From Squalus acanthias (Eukaryota), in contig CM059438.1 of the NCBI GenBank assembly GCA_030390025.1, positions 59,956,001-60,020,000 on the forward strand: a stretch of 64,000 nt of DNA, written 5' to 3'. Both the position numbers and the translations under genes were made by a program. Below the pieces are notes generated by a model. The model was given only the letters and a program-made list of their open reading frames with translations. It searched no databases and was not told where the DNA came from. Shown here in pieces: positions 24,006 through 37,014 of the stretch. Within the stretch, counting starts at the first letter, position 1, and every line of letters begins with the position of its first letter.

Positions 24006-24309
24006 TCCAGACTCAGTGCTGGTGGTTATTACAATATTGTTTGGGGCTTGGTTTCATTGTGGTGCAAGTATTCTTGGACTCCATACAGTCCAGCTTCATC
24101 TGCAGAGGGATGAGAATATCACACTGTCAGTCTAATATCAGTAATACAGCACACCACGAGTTACTATCGGCAGTGTATCAGCTTGGCTCAATTGGTACAG
24201 CCCTCACCTCTGAGTTGTGAGTTCCAGTCCCATACCAGGCCCTGAGTATGCAATGTAGGTTGACATTCCAGTGCAGTACTGGGGGAATGCTGTATAATCA
24301 GAGGTGGAG

Positions 24310-25500
24310 GGGGGAACTTTAACCTAAAAGAACAGGTGGGTTTGGAGGGTGGGGGTAGTTAAACTGTAAAAAAATGGGATTCCCGCCTCCAACCCACCCA
24401 CTTCTGTTTTTAAGGGGGGTGGGGGGCAGGCAACCAACCCGCGCCCAGGGAGCAGGACGTCAATTTAAATATTATAATGAGGCTGCAAGCCTCTGTTTTA
24501 ACCTACATTTTATTTTTAACTGCATATGGACAGGTTTTACACAATTCATGAAAACCGGCAGTTCCAGCAAGGCAGGAACTGCTGGATCCAGGAGCTAAGT
24601 ACTTATATACCTACTTCCTGGATCCAGGATCCCTACTTAACCCACCCCCAGCGATCAGAGAACACCCCCCCCCCCCACCCCCCACTATCCCCCCAGGCCT
24701 CCAATCACTCCACGAGGCCTCCACCGCCCCCCCAACCCCCGCTCCTCCCGGCCCACAATCGTCTGTAGATCACTCCCCCCACAACCCCCCCCCGCTCCCC
24801 CCACAATCCCCCCCCCCGCTCCCCCCACAATCCCCCCCCGCTCCCCCCACAATCCCCCCCCCCCGCTCCCCCCACAATCCCCCCCCGCCACTCCTCCCGG
24901 CCCACAATCGTCTGTAGATCACTCCCCCCACAATCCCCCCCCCCCCGCTCCCCCCACAACCCCCCGACCCCCCCCCCCAGCTCACAATCGTCTGTAGATC
25001 ACTCCCCCCACAATCCGCCCCCCCCGCTCCTCCCAGCCCACAATCATCTGTAGATAACTCCCCCCACAATCCCCCCCCCCCCGCTCCTCCCGGCCCACAA
25101 TTGTCTGTAGATCACTCCCCCCACAACCCACCCAGCTCTCCCCGGCCCGCAATCGTCCTTGCCCCCCCCCCGATCTTTCGCTGGCCACCACCCAGCCCCC
25201 GAACTTCCTCGCGGCCGCCACCCGATCCTTCACTGTCTGCCACCCGATTTTCTTAGCAACCCCCCCCCCCACCCCCGTGTTGGTCCTGGCCCACCTGTGC
25301 TCCTCCAGCCGACCCCGGCCCCTCCACGGTCCCTCCCTCCCTCCTATATGCGGCCTAATGCTGCAGGCCTACCCGCCCGGAGCCAGCCAGCCTCTCAATC
25401 TGGCTAGCTGCGGGCAGGAAACCGAGACCTCGTATGCAAATCAGGCCCTGCTGTTAAAGTCGTCAGGGCCTGCGGGAAACCCGGCCTCCCGACCGCCTAG
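24310..25500. mobile_element. GC-rich nonautonomous element remnant containing a C-rich tandem array (about 24745-25150)
   Basis: 24310-24500 resembles the reverse complement of 42700-42875. The array mixes ccccccacaatccccccccgct and cacaatcgtctgtagatcactcccccc units. Confidence 0.55.
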
Positions 25501-25694
25501 TATTTACAGCACAAAAACAGCCCATTCAGCCCCAACAGACGTTTATGCTCCACACGAGCCTCCTCCAACCCTACTTCATCTCACCCTTATCAGCATATCC
25601 TTCTATTTGTTTCTCATGTGCTTATCTAGCTTCCCCTTAAATGCAACTATGCAATTAATTTCAACTACTCTCAGTTCCACATTCTAACCACTCT

Positions 25695-26270
25695 TTGATA
25701 TATTATACTAAACCTTTATAAATCACTGGTTAGGCCTTAACTGGAGTATTGTGTCCAATTCTGGGCACCACACTTTAGGAAGGATGTCAAGGAGAGGGTG
25801 CAGAGGATATTTACTAGAATTATACCAGGAATGAGGGACTTCAGTGATGTGGAGAGACTAGAGAAGTCAGGTTATTCTCCTTAGAGCAGTGAAAGTTAAG
25901 AGGAGATTTAATAGAGGCGTTCAAAATCAGGAAGGATATTGATAGAGTAAATAAGGAGAAACTGTTTCCACTGGCAGGAGGGTTGGTAACCAGCGGACAC
26001 AGATTTAAGATAATTGGCAAAAGAGCTAGAGGGGAGATGAGGAGAATTTTTTTTAACGCAGCGAGTTGTTGTGATCTGGAATGCACGGCCTGAAAGGGCG
26101 GTGGAAGCAGATTCAATCGTAACTTTCAAAAGGGAATTGGATAAATACTTGAAAAGGAAACATTTGCTGGGCTACTGGGAAAGAACAGAGTAGTGCAACT
26201 AATTGGATAGCTTTTTCAAAGAGCCGGCACGTGCACGATGGGCCGATTGGCCTCCTTCTGTGCTGTAAAA
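25695..26270 (+). mobile_element. CR1/HER1 LINE 3' fragment
   Basis: ctggagtattgtgtccaattctgg (LEYCVQFW); LRGDLIEAFKI; tail gggccgattggcctccttctgtgctg. Confidence 0.85.
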
Positions 26271-26598
26271 GTCTATGGCCCAGAAATTGGATATGGCCCG
26301 CAAACGGGCAGTGTCATGGCCCAGCACTATTAACCTGCGGCAGGTGAAACTGGGTTAGGTAGCATGCAAAATTCGTGCTCAGTCCTCATTAACGTGATTA
26401 TAGTGCTGATCTCACCGCTAAAACTGCTGCTCATTGGTTTACCGCTCAACAGGTGCGCCAATATCAGGTCCAGTCTAATTCCCAGTCATGTTTGGCCTAG
26501 GCTTTATTCAGTAATTAAAGGGGAGGTGCTTTGATGCTGCAGCACCTCATTGTCATTGCAGTCAGACTGCACCTGAAAGCAGACTCTACTACGAAGAG

Positions 26599-28061
26599 AT
26601 GGCTGAGCCTCAGCACAGGGAGAGAGCAAGATGATGCTCAGACGCGGCTCTGGAGGCACTGGTGGTGGCCGTGGAGAGGAGGCCGGCTGTCCAATTCCCG
26701 CAAGCCGGTAGGAAGCCATCGGGCCATACATCCAGAAGACTGTGGCGGGAGATAGCCAATTATGTGACGGCCGCCAGTGTGGTCCCCAGGTCCTCCATAC
26801 AATGCCGCAAGAGGTTTAAGGACCTCACACGGCAGGTCAAGGTGAGTGAAGGCTTCAGCAAATGCCATATCCCACCATCTGCACCACAAGCCTCACACAC
26901 TGCTCAATGCACCACACCCCCAGCACTCACCTCCCAACAATCTCTGCCTATCACCTGCTCATAACCTCACAACTGTAGCTTCACTTCACTCTCACAACCT
27001 TACCACTGCTGCAACACTCACACCCACATCTCACACCTTGCACACACTGACAACTATTCACAACGCCCAAACACATTGCACCACACTCACTCACACACTT
27101 CCCTTTCTCCTGCAGGCCAAGGCGCATAATCGCCGGGAGCAGTGGCAGACAGCGGGTGAGCAACCTGCCATCCAGGACTTGAGCCAACTGGAGGAGCGAG
27201 TGCTGGACATCATTGGGCCGGAAGTCATGGAGGCCGTGGCAACCAGCGAGGTTGAACTCCTTGGGGACAACAACGGTATGCTCATTCCCAATCTTTCCTC
27301 TCACATTCCACTTCCCCCTCATCCCACAATCTCTTCTCACTTACAAGCTGCTCATGCTGTATGCATGCATATCTTGCTTCTCCTCCTCACCATAACCCAA
27401 CTCTTATGCCTTTCTGCTTTCAAATAATCAAGACCAAGAACGTCCCCATGGCAATTGAGAAGACTGAGCGGGGGGAGAAGAAGAAGACACAGCGTCACTG
27501 CATCTGTCACTCGCAGACACCAGCTCAGAAACTAGCACTGCGCATAATTTAGAGGCTAGTGTAGAAGTGGGATCTGCACAGGGTTAGGCACTGGGCATGA
27601 GTGGGCTGCAGCAAGGCCAGAGGGATAGGTGGGCTCGGGGGCCAGCTGCACAGAGGGCGAGTTTGCGTGCGAGTTCTGCTGCACATGACTCAGATGAGGA
27701 CCTCGATGGGAAGACCTTCAGAACAAGGGTTATGGGCATGCACACCGAATTGCTAGGTGCAATGGCAAGCCTGCCAGAGAGCCTCTTGGCAATGTCAAGG
27801 AGCATGGAGGAGGCCGCCTCCAACATTGCACGGGGCTTTGCGCAGAGCTTGGAGCCCAGGATTTACAGGCTGGAAATGATGGAAAACTCCAGGAGGGACC
27901 ATGTTGACCCAGACATGATGCTGTGTGTGATGGGTGATGTCGCGGCTGTCAATGTCTTAGTGCTGCAGTGGAAGAGCAGGCTGCTGTCCAGCAGTCTCAG
28001 CTTGCTGGCACAAGGATCAGACGGTTCTCATGCAGTCTCAGCTTGCTGCCACCCAAGCTGA
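26599..28061 (+). pseudogene. Harbinger Myb/SANT-like DNA-binding protein gene (exons 26599-26841, 27116-27275, about 27424 onward)
   Basis: MAEPQHRERAR*CSDAALEALVVAVERR..LWREIANYV..RSSIQCRKRFKDL (trihelix Myb/SANT). Donor AAG|GTGAGT 26842, acceptor ccctttctcctgcag 27115. Exon 2 reads AKAHNRREQWQT..LSQLEERVL. Confidence 0.82.
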
Positions 28062-28235
28062 GACTGCTGCCATCGTGGCCGGGTTTACCGCTGTCGACCG
28101 GGCCTTGCAGGGTGTCGCAGCAGGCTAACAATCTGTGCCCTCTCAGGATGACAGCATTCCTGTTCCCACCACTGCCACTCCGCCATTGCCCTTGCCCTTG
28201 CCTGTCAGCCAGCCAACCCAATGAAATATACCAGA

Positions 28236-28352
28236 TTATTCTAGCAGTGGCACACCAGATTCTTGCAGGCTGAAGGCATCATAACTGCTGCCAGGATAGC
28301 GGGCATTGACCATCAGGAAATACTGGGCGTGGTTGCATAACGATTGCACGTG
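28236..28352 (-). pseudogene. Harbinger DDE nuclease (HARBI1-like) fragment
   Basis: HVQSLCNHAQYFLMVNARYPGSSYDAFSLQESGVP matches the Harbinger transposase NVQxxC..YPGSxHD motif. Confidence 0.8.
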
Positions 28353-28365
28353 CCCCAGACCCACA

Positions 28366-29212
28366 GGGCTGGATTTTGTGAATGGAGGCGAGTTGAAGGC
28401 AGGACTGCTGCTTGTCGTGTCAATGTCCCGCCTCCATCCTCGCCTGACCAATCAGAGGGATTTTCCCCTGATTGAGCTTGTTAAGCCCACCCTGCGGGCT
28501 CAGCAGGCCAATTAGGGAGGAAGTCACTGACAGATCACGTCAACGTCAGACGTGCTATCTGTCAAGACTTCTTGAAAGAAGAACTGACAGCGTTTGACAG
28601 CTCTGTGAAGCTGTCAAACACTGACATTCTCTTTAGTTTGATGAGCCTTTGTGGTGAGGACTCATCAAACCTTTCAAATTTGTAAATTTCACATGTCTGT
28701 AGGATCGGAGGATCCATCAGCCAGTCTGTGAAATTGACAAGCAGCATGTCGGCTCTCCCCATCCAGCACGGCTAAAGGCTGAAGAAAGAAAACAAGGTAA
28801 GTGAGCACTTTTTTAAACTTATCACTCACCTTGCATACTTACCACTCCACACTTGCACCCATCACTCACCTCTACACCTTACTTCCAGGTGCCTCCGACC
28901 ACCGCAGACCTCCTCCACGTCTCCTCCAACCCGACGGGGTTCTCTGAGGTCAGGAAGCCTTCACCTGTGAAGGTAAAATGGCACTAATCCTTTTTTCTGC
29001 CTGTTAACTACCTGTTAACAGGCAGTTTAAAAGGATTAAATGCCTTTCCCGCCTCCAGGAAACGGGACCCGAAGCTGCACATCATCCCGCCTCCTGGCAA
29101 AAGGGCACGGAGGCGGGATTGGGGCGGGTTTGCCATCCGCCCCCACTTTCTCCGAGTTTACCGGCTGTCCCGGCTCCATGCCCACCTCCTCAGGGCTGAG
29201 AAAATCCAGCCC
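28366..29212. mobile_element. 847-bp Harbinger-type MITE
   Basis: Perfect 12-bp TIR GGGCTGGATTTT / AAAATCCAGCCC with a 3-bp TSD ACA (28363-28365, 29213-29215). Confidence 0.85.
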
Positions 29213-29400
29213 ACAGCCTCTTCAGCCGAGAGACAACACACCTTGACCTTCCAGTCAGCAATGTGTTCCTCAAGTGTGGCTCCTGCCAACATGGCACTTT
29301 CAGTAGGAATGACAAAGGTTTCACGATATGGCTCACTGATGCAGTGTGCAGAAGAATGAGAAGCTTGATGTCATGATGTCAGCTGCCACGTTCCCTCCTC

Positions 29401-29506
29401 CTCCTTCCCCGTCTCCAACACCCCCGTAGCCTCCCTCTCCCTCGTAGGGGGTTAGTGATCAGAGTTTATGGAGGGCCTCTTCTCAATGATTATGGGTTGT
29501 CTTCTC
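29401..29506 (-). pseudogene. Possible further Harbinger Myb/SANT exon-2 remnant
   Basis: EKTTHNH*E..L*SLTPYE..GVGDGE resembles exon 2 at 27116. Confidence 0.4.
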
Positions 29507-29809
29507 CTCAATAAAGAATGCCAAAAGTGAGAATTCCCTTTGGCTGCCAGGTTTCAGCATTTAGCTCAGAATGGGAGCGATGACTTGCAAAAACAATGGA
29601 CAGGAAAAGACGAGCTGCTCCATCGACCCTGTCCCACACAGTCATGATGCCTGAAGCACCATGATTCACAACACACCCCCATCCACCCCCTCCCCCCCAC
29701 CCACCAGCAGCCATGAAATCTCCCGGGAGGGGCCAAAAAACAGGATTAAAGAAACCCAAGGCCAGAAAAAAGAATCTGTAAAATTCCTCTTTGACCCCCT
29801 TTGACGGAG

Positions 29810-30080
29810 ACAACAACAACAACTTGCATTGATATAGTGCCTTTAATGTAGTAAAACCATCCAAGGTGCTTCACAGGAGCGTTATCAAACACAATTTTGA
29901 CACCGAGCCACAAAAGGAGATATTAGGACAGGTGACCAAAAGCTTGGTCAAAGAGGTAGGCTTTAAGGAGCGTCTTAAAGGTGGAGAGGCAGAGAGATTT
30001 AGGGAGGTCATTCCAGAACTTAGGGCCTAGGAAGCTGAAGGCATGGCCGCCAATGGTGGGGCAAAGGAAATTGAAAATTA
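29810..30080 (-). mobile_element. L2 LINE 3' fragment
   Basis: Matches 13125-13330 (aaagaggtagg..ttaaggagcgtcttaaagg) with a (caa)n tail. Confidence 0.75.
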
Positions 30081-33000
30081 CATCCCACGTGAGCCATGTG
30101 TGGGTGGAATGCAGAGAAGGATGTGGGTAAAGGGCTAGGGCACCGTGCTACTTCATGGGAATTGATGGTAAGTATATTCAAGCACTGCAGTGCAGTGTGA
30201 GGGGAGGTCAATGTCAGTGTGCAGTATAGTGCATTAGTGGAAGGAGTGGCTGAGCTCCCAATCAGAGGCGTTTCTACTGCCCAGAGCTCACCAAAGTATT
30301 GAGGCTGGCAGTGGAAACGATGCGGGGGGGAGGGTGGGGTCAGTTGTCATTATGTACATGGTGCGCTAATCATTGTCTTCCCCACTTCAGGTCAGGCTCA
30401 CGGCCAATTGGAAAAACTAGGCATCTGTCTTTAGCAAGGTCACCGTTGCCATTGGATTAAGAGCTAGCCGCAAGGCTGCAAGCGTGCCAGATTCATTGTG
30501 AAGTTCCTCATCAATAATGAATGTACAGTAAGAACATCTGATGGCTTTTGGACTGAGAGAGTCGAGAGTAGGTTTCGGGTGTTAGACTTTCCTTTAATGT
30601 ATAGTGCTTCTGACACTCAGATAGAATTAGTTGCATTTCCTTTGCTCACATTCATCAAATCTTACAGCACAGAAGGAAGCCATTAGGCCATCGTGCCTGT
30701 GCCAGCTCTTTGAAAGAGCTCTACAATTAGTCCCACTTCGCTGCTCTTTCCTCATAGCCCTGGAATTTTTTCCTTTTCAATTATTTATCCAATTCCCTTT
30801 TGAATGTTCCTATTGAATCTGGTTCCACCACCCTTTCAGGCAGCACATTCCAGATCATAACAACTCACGGCATAAAAGAAATTCTCCTCATCTCCTTTCT
30901 AGTTCTTTTGCCAATTATCTTAAATCTGTGTCCGCTGGTTACCTGTCCTCCCGCCAGTGGAAACAGTTTAATTGATTTGCAGTTATTTTGTTGGCAACAC
31001 CTCTCTTCCAAGGTCACAACTGTCTGGGCCCTCTATGTGTCACTCACCATTTCCTGACAGGTAGGGCAGGTAGTTCTCACTCCCCCACCCTCGTAGATCG
31101 TGCTTCCCCAATTGCCCCATGTCAGAAGGGATTAGGAACGGCTGTGAGGACCTGTGAGCACCAGCCCACGTGCCTGCACTCTGAAAGGGACTTCCTCACT
31201 CGGATGCTTCTTTGTACCATGTCACATAAGAACATGTGATCAAGATATCTCACGAAATTGACCCTGATAAGTACTAAAAACTTGGTACCGGTAGTGAAGT
31301 GCCAACAGGCAAGTCACAAGTTTTCTCTTGAGTGTGGAGCAGTCTCAAGCATTCACGTGGTGTTTAAATGAGGGGAGAGGGGTGTATGGGCACCTCTCGC
31401 CTCGTTTTCATACCTCTACGCTGGGTTGACCCCATTTGGAGTTGTGCCTAGAAGAAGTAGGCCTTAGGCTTTGCGCCCTGTCCCACTCAGATGGGAGGAT
31501 TTGACTAGATACCAACTACTAGAGCCAGGTAGAATGCAAATTACTTCCTTTTCAGCACCATCAAGAAGAGGCTGTATTTGGCCGGAAGCCAGAAGGCCTA
31601 GCAGCTGATGGTCAGCACCACTGCTGCAAGCTGAATCTTTTCCCCCAGGTTTGGGTGCTGGGCCTTGTCAAGGGGTGAGGCCTGCGCCCAGGGAACACTG
31701 GCCAATATTAATATCTGAACCTGGAGATCCATGTGTCCAGGTGCAGGGGAGAAGGAAATCAGCCTCATTATGTTTCTGACGTGGAATTCATTGCCACATG
31801 GAGTGGTTGAAGCAGATAACATTGACTCATTTAGGTGAGGCTTGATGCATACGTGAAGGGCAAGGGAATAGAGGAATACAGGAGGCAGGGTGGGAAGAGG
31901 TTATTAGAGCGAGAGGAGGCTCGTGTGGAATATCAACACTGGCATAGACTAGTTGGGCCGAATGGCCTGTTTCTGTGCTGTAGATTCGATGTAATTCTAT
32001 ATACACCTTGCTCAAGCACTAACAACTCCTGAGGTACGTACAAAATAATAAATAATGGAATGAATGCATGAAAAAAATTATTAATGATTATTAATGATTT
32101 CTGCTGAATCTAAAGGCAAATTACAAAGAGCTGATCAGAGAGGATTGATATGACTTTTATGTTTAGTACTTTGAGTATGAACATAAATACACTATAATTC
32201 GTCTTAAGTTTTTCTCCTAAGATTTAGTGCATCCTCAACACAGCTCTGGAAGGAAGGAAGACTGGCATTTATATCGCGCCTTTCACAACCGAAGGACAGC
32301 CCAAAATGCTTTACAGTCACTGGCCGATCCACCTGCCCGCACCATCTGTCCACCCGTGCCAGCCAGCCGCCCGTGCCAACTGCCCATGCAACCCTCCTGC
32401 CCGTGCAACGAACCCACCCATGCCACCCGTCAATAGTTATCCCTCAACCAACGCCTAGTCATTATTTCATTGCTGTTTATGGGAGCTTGCTGTGCAAATT
32501 GGCTACTGCGTTTTCTACATTACAACAGCGACTACATTTCAAAAGTACTTCATTGGCTGTAATTGGGACGTGCTGAGGTTGTGAAAGGTGCTGTATAAAT
32601 GCAAGTCTTTCTTTCTTTTTCAATGCAATATGTGCGCCAGGACTGGGCTCTTCTCCCATCAGCAATCAGGAGTTGGAACCTTGACTGCTTTTCCTTCTTC
32701 CCTGACCCAGAGGTGCTGAAGCCAATTGCAGCACCTCACTACCACTTTGGTTGAAATAAACCATCTCAGCATAAACCAGGGATCGAACCTGAGGCTTTCC
32801 AGATGTGTATGGCTCAATAGCACACCGCGTAGTGCATTTACCCATTAAGCCATTAGGCACACACTTCATTTATTTTTTATTTTATCGGGAGGGAGGCCCC
32901 AGCCATTGTCGGCTCGGGCCTCGTGTGACTGTCAAGTGGTCACCCTGCTGCAGCTCGCCAGTTGTGGGTGGGCGGGAAATAGGTCGGCTCCCAGGGTCAG

Positions 33001-33454
33001 GTCAGGGAGGGAAAGGGGTCGGCTTCGGATGAGCTGGCAGTAGGCCGGAGGTTTTTTTGGAGCAGCACTCCTGCTCCTCCTGGCCCCGGAAAGATAAAAA
33101 TTGCCTGGACCGTTTTCCAAGCGGTTTCCAGCGGTCACTCCAAGGGCCGCTGGTCGGGCCACTCGACACCTGGTATGAACGGGCAGAGTGCGCACGGTGC
33201 AAGCAGAGTTCTGCAACCAGTGCAGGACCCCTAGCCTGCCTATTTGAGCAGCCTCAGGCCTATTTCAGGTAGGCGGGTAGTTCGTTCACTTGCAGGTCCC
33301 CCTGAAAACTACATCAGGTGGTCCTTGGGCCGAGCACTCCCCTCCCAATTTTCAACTGCCGGCTGGCATTTTTCAGGCAAGAAACGGGCGGCCGACAGTC
33401 GAGAATCGCTCCAGTGTACGTTGTGTGAAATTCCTTTGCCTGCTGTACCTAGGG

Positions 33455-33760
33455 CATGGCAATGTAATGAGCTCAAATCCCACCAGAGCAGTTTGAATTC
33501 ATTTTCTTTGCGAAATTAATAAAAAGCTGGTATCAGTAAAAGTGGCCATGAAGCTGTTGTATTGTCGTAAAAAAAAATCAACTGGTTTGCTAATGTCCTT
33601 TAGGAAAGGAAACCTGCCGCAGTTACACGGTCTGGGCCTACATGTGACTCCAGTCCCACACTCACGTGGTTGACTCTGAACTGCCCTCTGAAGTGGCCTA
33701 GTAAGCCCTCAATTGTACCAAACCACTGCAAAAATTTGAAACGGGTTCATATCACTCTCA
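33455..33760 (+). mobile_element. Short nonautonomous copy sharing the head/core of LINE family A
   Basis: Aligns by eye to 5718-5975 (ctcaaatcccacca..taaaaagct..tgtgactccag..ttgactct.aactgccctctgaa.tggcctag). Confidence 0.7.
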
Positions 33761-34560
33761 AGGAAAGAATTTCCCATGAGCATGTTAAGTGCTCATACAT
33801 TAATATTGCACAGTGGAACTTCAAGGCCAGAGATGCTGAACTTCATTTTACAAAATGGAAAAAGTCGATAACATTGTCCTTTTGCCAAGCGTCTTGTTTC
33901 ACATGGTGGCCAGCAGATACTTGTGTTGGATGCCAACAGTGAGCAACAACAGATGTCACAGGGGATGGTGAATCTCATTTTCCCTGCTTCCTTTACTTAT
34001 CTTGTCCACAATGTGTGTAGCTAAGAACCTGAGAAGGTTAAGGGGAGATTTAATAGCGGTGTTCAAAATCATGAAGGGTTTTGACAGAGTAAATAAGGAG
34101 AAACTGTTTCCACGGGCAGGAGGTTCGGTAACCAGAGGACACAGATTTAATGTAATCTGCAAAAGAACCAGAGGGGAGATGAGCAGAAATTATTTTACGT
34201 AGTGAGTTGTTATGATCTGGAATGCACTGCCTGAAAGGGCAGTGGAAGCAGAGTCAATAGTAACTTTCAAAAGGGAATTGGATAAATACTTGAAGGGACA
34301 AAAAAAGGGACAGGGACGGAGATGGGCAATGTTACGGAGGTTGAAGTAGATGGTCTTGGTGATGCAGAGGATATGGGGTCGGAAGCTCAGCTTAGGGACA
34401 AATAGGCGCCAAGGTTGCAAACGGTCTGGTTGAGCCTTAGACAATGGTCAGGGTAGAGGGATGGAATCAGTAGCTAGGGAACGGAGTTTGTGGCAGGGGC
34501 TGAAGACAATGGCTTTGGTCTTCCCAGTGTTTAATTGGAGGAAAGTTCTGCTCATCCAAT

Positions 34561-35524
34561 CTTCTTCTTCTTAGGCAGTCCCTCGGAACCGAGGATGACT
34601 TGCTTCCACATTAAAAATGAGTTTGCAGGTGACTGATGAGTCCAATGCGGGACCTACAGTCTCTGTCACAGGTGGGGCAGACGGTGGTTGAAGGGGCAGG
34701 TGGGTGGGGTGCTTGGGTTGACGTGCGCTCCTTGCGCTGCCTGCGCTTGGCTTCCACTTGCTCCCGGCGAAGAGACTCGAGGTATTCGGCGCCTTCCCGG
34801 ATGCTTCTCCTCCACTTTGTGCGATCTTGGGCCAGGGATTCCCAGGTGTCGGTGGGAATGTTACACTTTTTCAAGGAGGCTTTGAGGGTGTCCTTGAAGC
34901 GTTTCCTCTGCCCACCTGGGGCTCTCTTGCCGTGCCGGAGCTCCGAGTAGAGCACTGTTTTGGGAGTCTCGTATCGGGCATGCGGACAATGTGACCCGTC
35001 CATCGGAGCTGATCGAGCATGGTCAAAGCTTCGATGCTGGGGATGTTGGCCTGAGCAAGAACACTGACGTTGGTGCGCCTATCCTGCCAATGGATTTGCA
35101 GGATCTTGCGGAGGCAGCGTTGGTGGTACCCCTCCAGTGCTTTGAGGTGCCTGCTGTACATGGTCCATGTCTCTGAGGCATACAGCAGGGCGGGTATCAC
35201 TGCTGCTCTGTAGACCATAAGCTTAGTGCCGGGTTTGAGGTCCTGGTCTTCAAACACTCTCTTCCTCAGGCGACCGAAGGCTGCACTGGCACACTGAAGG
35301 CGGTGTTGGACTTTGTCGTCGACATCTGCCCTTGTTGACAGTAGGCTCCCGAGGTATGGAAAGTGGTCCACGTTGTCCAAGGCCTTGTCGTGGATTTTGA
35401 TAATCGGGGGGCAGTACTGTGTGGCGGGGGCAGGTTGGTAGAGGACCTTTGTCTTACGGATATTTAGTGTAAGGCCCATGCTCTCGTACGCTTCGGTGAA
35501 GGTGTTGACGATGGTTTGACGATG
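34561..35524 (-). mobile_element. RTE-clade LINE, 5'-truncated, inserted in an L2 fragment
   Basis: GLTLNIRKTKVL..FPYLGS..TKLMVYRAAVIPALLYASETWT..QLRWTGH..RAPGGQRKRFKDTLK and a C-terminal CPTC..H. (gaa)n tail. 25-bp TSD tggaggaaagttctgctcatccaat (34536-34560 / 35525-35549). Confidence 0.92.
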
Positions 35525-36263
35525 TGGAGGAAAGTTCTGCTCATCCAATACTGGATGTCGGACAAGCAGCGTGCCAAATCAGAGGTAATCAACAAGCAGT
35601 CGCTGACTGTTTAACCTGATCAGGAGGAGTTTAAAATAGGACGAGTATCCATTACCTACACTAGATTTTGGTTGTTTTGTCAAGAAAATCTCAGTGGATC
35701 TAAACTCCTATTTGCAGTCTTCAGGTGCGTTATCATGGGAACGATGTCTCTGACAGAGCCAATGGCCATTCAGAATTAAAATACACACCTGGAAATGAAC
35801 CCAACTAGCATTAAGTCTGAATTTCTGCTTGGATAAGCAAACGATTCATTCAAATTGTGAAATATCTAACAGCTGCAGTTTGTGTTTGTCAAAATGATTC
35901 ATGGTTTAAATGTTGCCGAAGTCCAGCCATTGTTTACCTAGCCGACTCCAAGTGCTGTCAGGTTTACTCTCGCCTTCAGACTCAAATGTGGTCGGTTTGA
36001 GTTGTTGCTGTAAGTTGGGCATTAAATCAGTCTCTGGGATCCATTCCACATGTCTAAACTCTGACACACATCCAATGTGCTGCAGCTGGGCTGCTGCCTC
36101 TAGCGGATACACGATTCTGCCCGAAACACGTGTGCACAGGCTGGCCTGATGGGGAAAAACAAACGGTCCCCGACCTCACCTAACAGGAAAGGCAGTTGCT
36201 CAAAAAAAGTGCTGCCCACTCACGAATCTGAATAAAGGAGAGGTTGCAGTTGTAAAACATAAT

Positions 36264-37007
36264 GGGCCAAAAATTCATCCCGCTGCGCGAGAGTACGCAC
36301 TGCGTACTCTCGCGTATTCTCTCTCCAATTGCCGGTTTTCTGCATGCCCTGCGCATGCGCTGAAAACCGGCACTTGGTCTTTTGAAAAGGGGGCGGTTCC
36401 TCGGTGCACCGCGTGCACGCTACAGGCTGCGCGCACGCTGTGCACTTCGTGCTTTGGACGCGCAGGTAAGGACGGAAGATTTTAGAAATGGAAAAAGGAG
36501 GAGTAAGACCCACTTTTAACAAGGTAAGTAGTGAATTAAGTATTTTTTTGAATTTTTTTTAACAGGTATATCTTTTTTAGAGACTTTAAAGACAGGTAAG
36601 TTTATTTTTATAACTTTTTAAAAGATTTTAAATTTTTTCAAAAATTTAATTTTTTATTTAAAATGGTTAATTTATTTAACTATACTTATTTTATTAATGT
36701 GATGGGTTTTTTTTTTAATTTAATTGAGGTTTAGCTGTTATTTTGGGGGGGTGTAAGATTCATAGATTTCACAGCAGGTATATGAAACTTATGAATGGAA
36801 GATGGTGTGCTGCCATTGGCTCTAACTGAGTCACGTGATCCCACAGCTCGCACGAATTCACTACGCCGGTGGGATACGCAAGCACTGCCCAGCTGATGTC
36901 TGGAACATCAAGTTCGTGCGAGCTGGATCTGAAAAAGCCAACGCGGAGTGAGAGATCGCGGGGAAGCCTTACCCCCGCGGGAACAGAGCGAGATCAATTT
37001 CTGGGCC
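36264..37007 (+). mobile_element. ~743-bp MITE, PIF/Harbinger-like (copy 2)
   Basis: TIRs gggccaaaaattcatcccgct / agcgagatcaatttctgggcc with a perfect 3-bp TSD AAT. Confidence 0.88.
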
Positions 37008-37014
37008 AATCTGT

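Larger units (their letters stand above)
26277..28362. mobile_element. PIF/Harbinger transposon, internally deleted
   Basis: TIR-like ggcccagaaattg at 26277. Spliced Myb/SANT gene on + and a convergent DDE nuclease remnant on -. Confidence 0.85.

Noticed and set aside
26599..28352. Host NAIF1/MSANTD or HARBI1 gene
   Set aside because: In-frame stop in exon 1, truncated nuclease, adjacent TIR and several paralogous remnants indicate transposon relics.
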